From Schmidtea nova (lineage: Eukaryota): a DNA stretch of 64,000 nt. This document shows, in pieces, positions 24,136 through 35,849 of the stretch; the first letter of the stretch is position 1, and every line of letters begins with the position of its first letter. The stretch covers positions 35,278,001 to 35,342,000 of the forward strand of contig CM097884.1 of the NCBI GenBank assembly GCA_044892505.1, read 5' to 3'. A program made the position numbers and the translations under genes. The notes under the pieces were generated by a model. That model made no database searches. It saw only the letters and a program-made list of their open reading frames with translations, and was not told the origin of the DNA.

Positions 24136-25079
24136 AAAATTTTGAAACGTTTTTAGCAGTAAAATTTTTAAGAGAGAACTTTGCTGTAAATCGTTTGAGA
24201 GAATTCTCGGAAGACGAACCACTCGAAAGATTTTTAGAAATCGTATCCGAACTAAGCGGAGAAGCTTTTTGATTATGTAAGAATCAAGAATTTTATGTTA
24301 TGAAGGCTAGCAAATCATGCCCTGTTACCCTGCCGTAGGTATTCTGATTTGATTTTCATTTTAATTCGAAGTTTGATAATGTGTTATCTTATGGTAAAAT
24401 ATGTAATGATTATTATATTTTTTTCTATTCAAGTTTTATTTTTACTTTGATCATATTTTCCCACAACCTAACATACTTATATTGATATTCATTTATTTAT
24501 TTATATACATATTTATATTTTTTTATTTAAAACCATTTCCATACGTCTGACGATGATTCACTAGTCGTTGTATAGTCATTAGTCGCTTTGGTGAATCATC
24601 AGTTCACTGGAGTCCTTTCAGCGTTCTGATCCATTTTTTCATCGAAGTGAGCACAGACATCCAAAAAACGTTTCATCTCATGGATTGGTCAAGCGCAAGG
24701 TCTGTTCAAAATAATTAACGTCTAAAATCCTATTACATTTTTTTGAAATGCGATATGGTATTCAATATTATTTATATTAAATCACATAGCTCTCACAACT
24801 ACATAAAAATGCGAACATATTAAAATGAATTGGAAATATTCATTCGTCTCGTCAATCGCCTTCGCTTAATAAAAGTCATCTTTACTTCACTATGAAAGAA
24901 TTCGCAAAGTCGATCGGAAAGTCAAACGTATAAAAGCTCATAAATGACCACTCAAAGAGCAGTCAAAATGTTATATTGAATTAATCTTACAGATTATGCT
25001 CGATAATAGTTCGTTGAATTTTTACTCGAAATCGTGAACATCATTGATGAAAACTTCTAAGAAAAAATTCAAGAAAAAT

Positions 25080-27850
25080 TTAAATGACAAATGGAAACAA
25101 TTCTAATATGTGCGCTATAAGAAGAGAATCATACGCATCTATTGCAAATAAATGTAAATTTAACAGACGTCCGCTAGAGAGCACGACAGAGAAATCGAGT
25201 TATGGATCAGCAAGACCCAAAAATAATCAGTACGTACCAATAATAGAGGAGGATAAAACTGAGAACGAACGGTATTTTAAAGGACGAAATGGTTTTTCAG
25301 AAACATAAAGGAAGATTCCAACAGCATCACTGAAAGATATAGCCAGAAGAATTGTCAGAAGAATGACAATAAGTCGAGAACGACACCAACACCAGAGAAA
25401 TTAGCTCCTGATCAGTGTTTCTGCTGTGGAGAAAGAGGAGATTGACGTTTTGAATGCCCAATAAAAGATAGATGTCTCATTTGTGGTAAGGAATGCCTTC
25501 GATTCAGAGGCTGTTATTTATTGAATTATAGAAACAATTACAAGAAAAGAGTAGCATGTAAATATGAAGAAAATCTTACAAATAGCAACAACAAAGACAC
25601 CGAGCATGCCTATAGTAATTACGATGAAAGGATACAAAAGTCAATGGACAAAGCAAAAAACAGAGACGACCCCATTGCTTTCCTTTCGTCAGTGGGATCG
25701 GCACAATAGAGAAGAGAGAGAATCGAAATGAAGTCTAGAATCTGAAGATGTAAGAGACGGATGATAGAAGAAAGTGGAGTAAGATTATTTTGAATGGAAC
25801 AGAGATTGATATGCTGTGGGACTCTGGAGCATCAGTGGCAGTGATGAGCAAGAGCAGTTGGACAAAAATGGAAGACCAAAGCTGACAGTAAGTAATACCT
25901 CATTTTGTGGAGTGTTTTTATCTAGTTCGTAAAGACCACCAGGAGAAATGACGATAGAAGCAGATTGGAATGGCAAGAGGAGAAAAATAAGTGTGATTGT
26001 AGTTACAGACATACGGCCGAATTTTAATGGTGGTCTACACACGATGGAAAAGTTTGGAATTCAGCTTGTAGAGATCAATAATATCGAAGCATCACTGATG
26101 GGGAAGACATCAGAATTCACAACGAGAAATGAAAGTGCTGGAGATGTTGGGGAGTTGTAAAGACGAAGATTTAGAAAGACTTATACTGAAATTCAGAGAA
26201 ATTTTTATGGCATCAACCCTTGACTTGGAATTCACCGAAATGGTAAAACATGAGATGGATATAACAGGAGATCCAGTTAGAATACAGCCCAGAAGACAAC
26301 CAATATACCTGGAACAGAAACTAAACGAGTTAATTCTCAACTTACTGGAAGCAAAGGTCATTAGGAAATGTAAAAGTGCATGGAACGCACCGCTGGTGAT
26401 AATTGCAAAGAAAGACAATTCCATTTGAATGTGTGTGGACTACAGAGGATTGAATGCCATTACAAAAAAGTGTCGTTTCCAATGCCAGATAATCGATTCC
26501 TTTTGGATTGCCTGGTAGATTCCAGGTATTTTACTTCCATTGATCTAGGACATGCCTATTACCAGGTCGGGATGGCGGAAGAAATACAAGACGTCACAGC
26601 TTTTAGTACAAGGCAAGGACAATTTTGCTTCAACAGGTTACCTTTTGGACTGGCAACAGCGCCAACAACATTCCAGAGGATGATGCACTCAGTGCTATAA
26701 GGAATATTGTTTAAAGGAGTTGTGGTTTACCTAGACGATATATTGATTTATGGAAAAGACAGAAAAGAACATTATTTACGGCTAGAGGAAGTATTTAAAA
26801 GGATACAAATAGCATGGTTGAAGATGCGATATTTTTAAAAAAGAACTGACATTTCTGGGACTCACTGTTAGTTCCAAGGGGATAAAGACAAATGACAAGA
26901 AGATAAAAGAAATTAAAGAGGCAGAGATACCGACATGCGCTAAACAATCGAGGTCGTTCCTGGGTATGACTACCAACTACAGGAAGTTCATAAAAGATTA
27001 CGCAAAGATTGCTGAACCGTTGTACGCAGCCACTTCCGGATGCGGGAAAATGATTAATTGGTCAGAAGATTGCAATAAAAGTTTTGAATTGCTTAAAACA
27101 AAATAATGTGAAGCCCCAATCCTGGATTATCCAAGAGTAGAGGATAAATGTATTCGGGACACAGATGCCAGTTTTGGAGCCAAAACCGATTATAACTGCT
27201 TAAGAAAGACGGAAAGAATGTTATATTAGTACAATTTGACTACACTAATACATTAGTCAAAGACATACATACAGAAATGTGTCATATTGGAGTGAAGAAA
27301 TTAACAAATTACATGAGCGATTTATTTTTTTGGCCGAATATGCAAGGAACAATTCAAAGCTGTTTAAGATCATGTGAAATATGTTGTAAACGGAAGATAG
27401 TACAAGAGAAAACAAATATACGACTGATACCGATAATGAGTTCAGATTTCTTAGAACAACAGGTTGTAGATATAGCCCACATGAAATCTCAAGGAAGTTA
27501 CAGATATTTATTAGTTATTATTGACAGTTTTAGCAAGATGGTTAGTCTAACTGCACTGGAAAGACAAGATGAGAAATCGTTGTTCAAAGCCATATTAGAG
27601 AAGTGGATATATAGATATGGTAAACCACGAAGTCTTTTATCAGACAAAGGTAAGAATTTCGACAGCATGTTCGTGAAGACATATATAGGAAAGTTAGGCA
27701 TCGAACGACACCTGAGCTCACCATACCAACACAAATCGAATGGGCTGGTGGAAAGGACTATACGAACAGTCAGAGACTTATTAACAACTTCTATATTCAG
27801 TGGATTAGGGGAGAAAAATTAGGTAGATTTACTCTCACGTATATAATTTT
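25080..27850 (+). mobile_element. Ty3/Gypsy retrotransposon, decayed gag-pol with an internal deletion
   Basis: Zinc knuckle CFCCGERG..ECP (about 25410). RT motifs SAWNAPLV, CVDYRGLN, IDLGHAYYQ, RLPFGLATAPTTFQR and YLDD (about 26730). RNase H start DTDASFG jumps to integrase (HIGVKK..FFWPNM, VDIAH..IIDSFSK, SDKGKNF, SNGLVERTIRT). Confidence 0.93.
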
Positions 27851-28037
27851 GTATCAATGCGACATTTTTCATTTTGTGTGTTAAATAAAGTACGCTTGGG
27901 GTCAGAGAATTAATTGGTAAATTTAAAATTTCACTAATAACTCAATAACCAACAATACATATAAAAATCAGACTCAGCCTAATCATTACCAACTTCTTTG
28001 CATTAATTCATATTTGTGTTACTAAGTTTTTCAGTAT

Positions 28038-28570
28038 TGTTGGGCTGGTAGAAGTGAAATAAAATATTTGTTTTAATGCGCTGTAAGATATATAGTAACT
28101 AAAACAGACGAAATAAAAAATCACAATAATACATAGAGCATTTTGTAGTAAAATTAGCACAAAAGAATATAGAATATTAAAAAACAAATAGTAGGCATAC
28201 GAACCGCATTTCATAAGTCGGTCGAGGTAAGGATAAAACGATATAAAAGTTGCATCTCAAGAGAGCACATAATTTGAGTGCAAGTCAGATTAACAAACGA
28301 AAGGCCGCATGAGAATTGAATGTTGTAGATCATTGCTAATAAAAGCATGATTGAAGAATGAAATTAGTATATTTAAATAGAGAGAATAATCTATTAAAAA
28401 TTAAAAAAGAAATTCCCATTAAAATATCGCAAAAATTGCAGAAATAAGAACAGAAATAGAAAAGATTCGATCATTTAATCAGTTACCGCACGCAAAATGA
28501 CGCCATATTAGACACACATTATTTAATAGAATTAAAAATAAATATTTAGAAAATAAATTATAAAATTTAT
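28038..28570 (+). repeat. Dispersed LTR-like repeat, copy 1 (copy 2 at 31776-32320)
   Basis: Both copies start TGTTGGGCTGG and share CATACGAACCGCATT..ATAAGTCGGTCGAG, AATTTGAGTGCA.GTC and GAGAATTGAAT..GATCATTGCT. They are clearly diverged. Confidence 0.7.
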
Positions 28571-29539
28571 TTTACGGGAAAAAATGTTCGGAGGAAACTG
28601 AATTCCATTAGTTTGGAAGCAAATGTAAACATAGCATGTAGTGACAAGGAAAGAAGTACACTCAAATATTTGAGGAATACATCAAATAAAAAGTAATCAA
28701 CAGATACATAGGTAAAAGTTAATTAAAACAAAAATAAAATTGAACAAATTGCAAGAAGTAAAGACGAGAAAACACAAACAAAACAATTTAACAAATAACT
28801 CATAAAAGAATTAGATAAATATAAAAATTCAAAAATTTTCAAATAATTGTCTTAATTTTAATAGTATAAATGTCAAAATATAAAAATAAATTGTAAAAAT
28901 TAAAATTAAAGTAACTAAAATTTGCGTAAAATATAAAATTTTGGTAAAAATAAAATTTATTAAAGTAATAGATAAAATTTGATACATTAATAAAAATTTA
29001 TTTTATTAAAAAGAAAATTTTACCCTTTATATAAATTTAATTAAACAAAAAAAAATTTAGAGCAGTTTGTTTTACTGCATCAATTAAATTAAAAGACCTG
29101 AAAATGGTTTATATAGTAATGCCATTTTCAGTAATTAAGAACTCTGTTCTGAAAAGTGAACACTTTTGGAAAACACTCGTGTTTTGAGAATTTTAAAACA
29201 CTTGTTTGAAAAATAGAGCTTTTCTATAAAAAAGAGAATATTTGGAACAACTCTATCGGCGAGCATCGTTATTCAGATTATTGGAGGGACGGCATCATTC
29301 TCAGCATACTAAGTATGCCAGTTTAATGTTTTGCTTATCCTAATTCATTTTTTATTTGGCACCGGCTCATACCCCGGCTGTCTATGTTATATTATTGCTC
29401 CATTGATGAAATAAATAATTTAAAATTCAATCGACTTTCGATGTGCGAATAAAATGTTGCAAGCATAAAATAAAATGAAAACTGATTTTTGTTTTTCTTT
29501 ATCTCCCGATCTATCAAATTGCTAAGTCACTGTGGGATC

Positions 29540-29660
29540 CCAGATTGTGGACAAACAAGTTTGGAGTAGATTCTCCCGAGTAGTCCGACCCCATGCTTTC
29601 AACGCGGAACCCAAGTCTGGCATCATACTATACGTAAATGTCAGAGAACGGCTGGATGAG
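29540..29660 (+). pseudogene. Possible non-LTR (RLE-type) C-terminal zinc-finger remnant
   Basis: PDCGQTSLE*ILPSSP resembles CP.CG..SLEHILSSCP, followed by WHH in another frame. The match is weak. Confidence 0.3.
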
Positions 29661-29845
29661 CATCCACAGGATTGTTATATTAAATTGAATTCTTCCTTAA
29701 TTAACGTTTGAAATTTTTTAGTGTTCAAATTAAAATCTTCTTTAAATATGAGGAACAAGCATGACATTGATTTGAGTTTATGATGAGAAAAAAGAGGAAA
29801 GTGAGATAAGTGTTATACGACAAGCGAAATATAATCGATTGGGTA

Positions 29846-29886
29846 GCACCTGATGAAGAGAATTAAGTTCTCGAAATACATTGTGC
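29846..29886 (+). ncRNA. Minimal type I hammerhead ribozyme, copy 1
   Basis: GCAC-CUGAUGA-A-GAGAA(UUAAG)UUCUC-GAAA-U-AC-A-U-U|GUGC. The core is intact, with a 5-bp stem II, a 4-bp stem I and a minimal helix III. Predicted cleavage after 29882. Confidence 0.72.
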
Positions 29887-30800
29887 AAAATATATATTTG
29901 GATTTGCGTTTGTTGTTAATTATTTTAGTGCCATGCTTGTTGTGTTATGTATTAAAGAAAGATAATAATCCGTCAGTTGTTCCGGTATTCTGTGAAAGTT
30001 TGTCTAGGAAAATGTTTGTATTTAATTTTTATAATTCTAAATGTATAGAGTTTTATATTGTCAAATAAGTATTTCGATTTAATGATGAGGTTTACACTAT
30101 TCTATTCTTATTCTATTGTTTATGAATTAATTGATGTGATTTTTGGCGATTCTAAGTTTTCTGTATTGTTCTTTGCTCTGTTCTCGTTTATATTTTCAAA
30201 CGTCATGGGTGAAATGCCACATATATTGGAAAAGACTGCCCGTCTTCTCTGTATTCGAGTTTCAGAGCGGAGTCAATTAATGGGATTTAGCGTTGTTTTC
30301 AGTCATATCGTTTGTTTGTGAATATGTGAGTGTGAGAGTTTTGAATCCGTGTGTTTGCCTCATTTTTTGCGGTTTAAGTAAATTAACTGATGTGGCTGTT
30401 GATGATGTTTATTTTCTTCTTTTGATTTGTGTTCTATACTCGTTTAATTTTTCAAATGTCATGGGCGTAATGCCACATACTTTGGACAAGACTGATCGTC
30501 TTTTCTGTACTCGAGTTTTAGAGCATTTTCAATTGGGGATTATGGATTTCGTTTTCAATCACTCTGTTGTTTATAAATATGAAAATATTTATAATATATT
30601 CTTAAAAAAATATTTTTTTGTATAACAATAAAAGAATATTATATTTTTAAGATTAATTTATTTAAATTAAAAATTTTTTAATCGATTTAAATTTTTTGAC
30701 TATAATAGAATTTAAAATATATATTTTATTTTAAAAATTAATACTAATTTGTTCGAAAAAATCGATTTATTTGATTTATATTTGAATGTAAGATTGGGTA

Positions 30801-30841
30801 GCACCTGATGAAGAGAATTAAGTTCTCGAAATATATTGTGC
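30801..30841 (+). ncRNA. Minimal type I hammerhead ribozyme, copy 2
   Basis: Same as copy 1, but helix III is the perfect palindrome AUAUAU. Predicted cleavage after 30837. Confidence 0.78.
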
Positions 30842-31585
30842 AAAATATATATTTGGATTGGCGTTTGTTGTTAATTATTTTAGTGCCATGCTTGTTGTGT
30901 TATGTATTTCTATAATATTGTTTTGTTTAGATTTTTGATGATTAAGTATTTATGAATTCGATAATAAATTCAAATTACCATTCTACCTTGACATAATAGA
31001 AAAATAAATATACCAAACATTGTTTGTAGACAAAAATGCGATTTAACCAATCGAAATTACATTATAAATAAAGAAAGAATAAAATAAGCCCAAATCATAT
31101 ATTTAAATCAAAACTTATGACAAAAGTTCCTATAAAAGTTCTCCAGCAATAAAAGAAACAACAATTTCCAATAATCGTAAGAATTGTAGGAAAATTGTCC
31201 CAGCCCAGGTGAAAAACGAAGATATTTCCCAACATCTTAAAATAGGAAATAAATCATTAAAATTTCTATAATAATAAAAAATACCTACGGTTTAGAAAAG
31301 CATGATGTGGCTATAGTATCAGAAAATTTCTATAAATTATATAATGAGTAGATCAATAAATAATCAATAATTTTATCATGATAAATTCACTCTACGATAT
31401 TCTAGAGACACTCACTTTTCTTTTCTTCACATGAAAACACCTTGATTAATCTTACACATCTTTATTAAATAATGTAAAACATCTAAAATTGAGATCTTAT
31501 GAAATAAATCCATGACCCGTCTTTACTTCTTACTGTCATAATTTTTGAATAATTGAATGAGTTCAATTCAACCTTGAGTAATTTA

Positions 31586-31774
31586 ATAAATTAATAATTA
31601 AGTAACTAAATAAGCCTTTGCTGCAAAACAATTTTATTAAGTGAGAAAATTTTCGATTATAACATAATCCTCGTATTTTATTTTATAATGGAAAATTTTC
31701 TCACTTAATTATTAAGTCTTAATAAAATTGTTTTTGCAGCAAAGGCTTATTTTGTTACTTAATTATTAATTTAT
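31586..31774. mobile_element. Foldback/MITE-like element with long imperfect inverted arms
   Basis: ATAAATTAATAATTAAGTAAC.AAATAAGCCTTTGCTGCAAAAACAATTTTATTAAG..TGAGAAAATTTTC is mirrored on the right arm. TA dinucleotides lie at the ends. Confidence 0.8.
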
Positions 31775-31775
31775 A

Positions 31776-32320
31776 TGTTGGGCTGGCGAAATCGAAAAAA
31801 AAATTTGTGTTAATTTATATTCAAAAGGGAACAAGTTTAAAACGCACTATAAAGCATTACGCAGTAAACTATCGCAAAAGAAAATAAAAATAGTAAAGTA
31901 TAATAGTAATCATACGAACCGCATTCGATAAGTCGGTCGAGATAAAGCTTAAACGATAGAAAAGAGGCATCTCAAAAAACAGCCCACAATTTGAGTGCAG
32001 GTCGCATTTACACACGAAGGACTGCACGAGAATTGAATAGGGAAGATCATTGCTTGTATAAAAATAAAGCAAAGCATGATCAAGGAATAAAATTGACATT
32101 AGACTAAAGAAAATAATTTATTAAAAATTATAGGAAAAATCCTCATTAAAATATCAGAAAAATAACAGAGGTAGGAATAAAAATAGAATTCAATTAAAGT
32201 TGATTGTTTTAATCAATCAATAAATGTACGAAATCAAGGGACACACACATCATTTATCGGAATTAAAATCAAATATCTTAGAAATAAACAAATTAAATTA
32301 TAAAATAAAATTTACAAAAA
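31776..32320 (+). repeat. Dispersed LTR-like repeat, copy 2
   Basis: Homologous to 28038-28570, with the same shared blocks. Confidence 0.7.
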
Positions 32321-32623
32321 ATTAAATAAATAATCGTTTATTGAAACAAATAAATTGAGTTTCAATCATAATATAATGGAAAAATGCGTGAATGTCAGTC
32401 TATTTAATATAAATAGACGCAAAAAATCAGTTGAAAAAATTTTTTTTTCTATTCAATTTAATTAGTTGGGAGCTAGCAGAAATATTAATTTCAATTTCGT
32501 CAGACAGTCGCGTAGGTGAGTAACTTTGTTTGGTGTATGATAATTTGTAATGAACATCGTATTTAATCAGGTTATGTGAATGGTAGTCAATAAATATTTT
32601 GAATCATCCATTTTATGATTAAT

Positions 32624-33137
32624 TGTGGGTAAACCCTCATAACAGCCGGGGTAAAATCGATAAGGGCACCTCCTGATGGTCTCGCGACCTGATGGGCAAT
32701 AATTGGCCTCTTGTTCTGACTTGAACCAAATTTAGGTGGAAGAAAAGGGGATTGCAGGGACTATTCATCGTTTTGGTGAATTAGTTGAGAATGAATAAAG
32801 GTAGATTGTTGATAGCGGAAAGTAATGGATAACTGAGATATAATTAAGCGATAGGACCGAAAAGAAAGCAGATGCGTAAGTCCTTCTATCGAAAGCAAAG
32901 ACCCGAAAGAGAGAATTTAGTGATGAATAGTTTCGGGAACGGAGCTTACCTGCTCACTAGATTCTTGCCACCGTGTACAGTACCAACATAGTTACTTGGG
33001 GAATAACTATGGGTACGCGTGTGTGGTTGAATGATATTTATGTTGCTGTATGGGTTGTATTAACCCCTAGAAATCGTTAATAGCTTTTACAACAACACCC
33101 ATGCCACCCAATATAAATTTGGGGGCTCAGCCGGGAT
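32624..33137 (+). mobile_element. LTR followed by a tRNA-Pro primer binding site
   Basis: TGGGGGCTCAGCCGGGAT at 33120-33137 matches the canonical Pro PBS TGGGGGCTCGTCCGGGAT at 16/18. The preceding ~490-bp GC-richer block starts TGTGGG. Confidence 0.65.
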
Positions 33138-33708
33138 GAAAGTGGTTTTTATAGGGAAAAGAGAATAATAAACATAAGAGAGAGTTTAGCTGTATACCCC
33201 CAGTTGGGATTGAAAGCGATTTTATGGGTAAAAGCAATAATAAAAGAGAGTTTGCGTAAGTAGTAGGATGTGAGCCCGCCAGACATAGGTCAAGACCCCC
33301 CTAGAAAATTTCTTTTTATGTAGGTCAAATTTTATGTATGTCAATTAGGGGTCATTTTAAGGTCAAATTTTTCCTTTGAGATATATAAAATATAATCCCA
33401 TGTGTGTTAATATATTTGCAAGCGGTAAAATAGTTATATTAGGTTTAAAAAACAAAGACTATTTAAATATAGTTGATAATATTATTACCGATATAAAATC
33501 AATTATTGAAGATAAAGCCTTTGTTGATTTCATATTATCGTGTGACTCATGATTGCATTAAAGATGCAAAAGAAATGCACGATTCTGATTGGTTCAGTGT
33601 GTATTTCGATAATAAAGACATGTTATACATACTCGAATCTGATTAGTTGATTGTGTGTTACTTTGGTATATATAGAATGAACATTTTTCATTTATTTATA
33701 ATTTTACA

Positions 33709-34349
33709 ATGTGTCTCCGATCAACTTTAATGAATTATGGTAAAATTTTTATTTTACTATTTTTTCATTTTTATAATTTTTCATTTTAGATAAATTGATG
33801 TCCGCACTACTAGGCAAACTGGAGGAGATCTACCCAAAACTGATGCCGAAGCTGACATATACCGCACCTGAGCTGTTCCCATGCAAGATTCAATGTCTGA
33901 CCGGGATCGATATTAACCAGGTCTTGCTAGATCACTTGGCCAATCGGGATGCTGAATTGCCATATATGGCCGAGCACATTCTCTGTGCGTATCAATGCGG
34001 ATATTGTACAGATCAAATCCAAAAATTTCATGTCTGGGTGCTTCGAAATGCACTGAAGGAATACGAAGTAGAATCAAAAAGATTGGAGAAAGTCGATGAG
34101 GAGTATGAGGAACCTAAAGAAATATGGCCAAGTTCAACACCAAATTCGTCTGATTGCCCGGCTATTTCAAATAAATTAACGATGGATCAAACACTGGACT
34201 GTGACAAATCTATGGATTATAATGATTGTCCACCAACTCTCGATGGACCATATCCGCTTCAATGCGAAAACTCTATGGAATCACCAGAATCTCCCAATTG
34301 TGAAGAATGCCATCGTAAGGTTGATGATGATATCGACATTGCAGAATAA
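33709..34349 (+). CDS. Orphan protein, 196 aa, 2 exons
   Basis: join(33709..33739,33790..34349), with a 50-nt GT-AG intron that keeps the frame. Upstream ATTGG box and TATA-like TATATATAG; AATAAA at and after the stop. HILCAYQCGYC motif and an acidic Cys/Pro-rich tail. Confidence 0.6.
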
Positions 34350-34918
34350 ACAATTTGTGATTTAATCGGTGTTTTTATTTGAGCAATTATTTGTAATAAA
34401 TGTTTATTATTTTCATTTTAATGTATTATTATTTTTATGGGTTATCATATAATAAATGTTTTATCATTGTTATTTTAGTTTTTTCAGTTTTTATTTTTAT
34501 TTTGTTTTTGAGTTATTTATTAAGTTTTAAATAAGTTTCAAATAATTTTTATTTAACTTTTGAAATTAAATAGGTTTAATAGTAATTTTTATTAAGTTTT
34601 AACTAAGTTTTATTTAAATGAAATAGGTTTAATAGTAATTTTTATAAATAAATATATTTTTAATAATAAATACATATTAATCAAGTAATTACAACAAAGA
34701 CATGCATTACATAAACAGTTTCAAAAAAATAAACATACATGTATAATTTATACACAACAAAGACATGTAACAAAGACACACGTGTAACAACAGCGACATG
34801 CATGCAACAAAGACATGCATAACATGTGCAATACAAATTCACGATTTTGATTGGACAAATGCATTACTCATCACTATAAATACAAAGACATTTTTAAGAT
34901 ATTGTCACAATTTATAAA

Positions 34919-35275
34919 ATGCCAGCACGTAAATCAACTTATGACATCAGTGAAGAAAGGAAAATCAATAATGAAGTGAAACAAGTACAAATGTATTACC
35001 ATTACAAAATATATTTCTTGATACAAGAAATACCGTTTCGTTTGTCGTATCCAGTGAAATTAACAAAGTCTTTGTATGACAATTTAGCTGCAAATCTAAG
35101 TAAAGAAGATGTTGTTGCACTAAATAAAGTTTTATTCAAAATCAATAACAATTTAAGTTGCAAAGAAACTATATGGATCAACAATCGAAAAACCCGTTTC
35201 CATGATGCTTTCCAATCTATCGAATACAAGGATCAAGAAAATTGGTTTATTACCATAATCATTCAAAGGATATAA
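34919..35275 (+). CDS. Orphan basic protein, 118 aa
   Basis: ATG in AAAATG context, with TATAAATA at 34875 and ATTGG at about 34849. No family recognised. Confidence 0.45.
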   Translation: MPARKSTYDISEERKINNEVKQVQMYYHYKIYFLIQEIPFRLSYPVKLTKSLYDNLAANLSKEDVVALNKVLFKINNNLSCKETIWINNRKTRFHDAFQSIEYKDQENWFITIIIQRI

Positions 35276-35849
35276 AATCGATACCAAAGATGTTATAACT
35301 CCAATTTGGAGAATTGACAGTGCACGATATGCATAAATGTTATTTAATAAATGTTAGTAATTTCAATTTGAGTTTTTGATTGTTCGAAATTTTATAAGTC
35401 TTAAAAATTTTTTTATATATTTTATTATTATTATTAATATTATTATTATTATTATCATCAAACAGATTTTGATGACCTACTTTTTAACATAGAATAATTT
35501 TAAAGTTTTTATATTTGACCTATATAATTCTGCCATAGAAAATTATCTATTTGACCTACTTTTTCTGACATAGAAAAATTGTTCGTGACCTACTTTGTTG
35601 ACCTTAAAGTATCCTTAATGTACTCTTAATTCTGACTTTGAAAAATTTCGAAATTTATTATTAACCTACTTTATTTTTACATAGAAAAAATTTTAGAAAA
35701 TATTATTATTGACCTACTGAATTTGTCCTCATCATGACCTTAAATTGACCTACTTAATTCCGATAGAGAAAATATTTTAAATTTATTATAACTTTGAATA
35801 ATTTTATATTTGACCTACTTATTTCTGGGCTATCGCGTCTAAATAAGTT

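Larger units (their letters stand above)
29838..30908 (+). mobile_element. Penelope-like element remnant: two pseudo-LTR repeats with hammerheads and duplicated GIY-YIG remnants
   Basis: A ~116-bp near-identical direct repeat lies at 29838-29953 and 30792-30908. Between them are two copies (about 30180-30270 and 30430-30526) of FKC..(C)NATY(I/F)G[fs]KT.RL..TR..EH. Confidence 0.75.
33265..35840. mobile_element. Putative non-autonomous TIR element with subterminal TAGGTCAA/TTGACCTA repeats carrying two orphan genes
   Basis: AGGTCAA three times at 33287-33366 and about eight TGACCTA(C)/TGACCT copies in opposite orientation at 35470-35820. The ends are degenerate inverted matches. No TSD and no transposase seen. 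Confidence 0.5.

Noticed and set aside
24547-24602. C/D snoRNA or hammerhead
   Set aside because: The box order and the GAAA do not fit either class. Kept only as a hairpin.
28038-32320. The two TGTTGGG repeats as the LTRs of one element
   Set aside because: They are highly diverged, there is no PBS or PPT, and the interior consists of unrelated elements.
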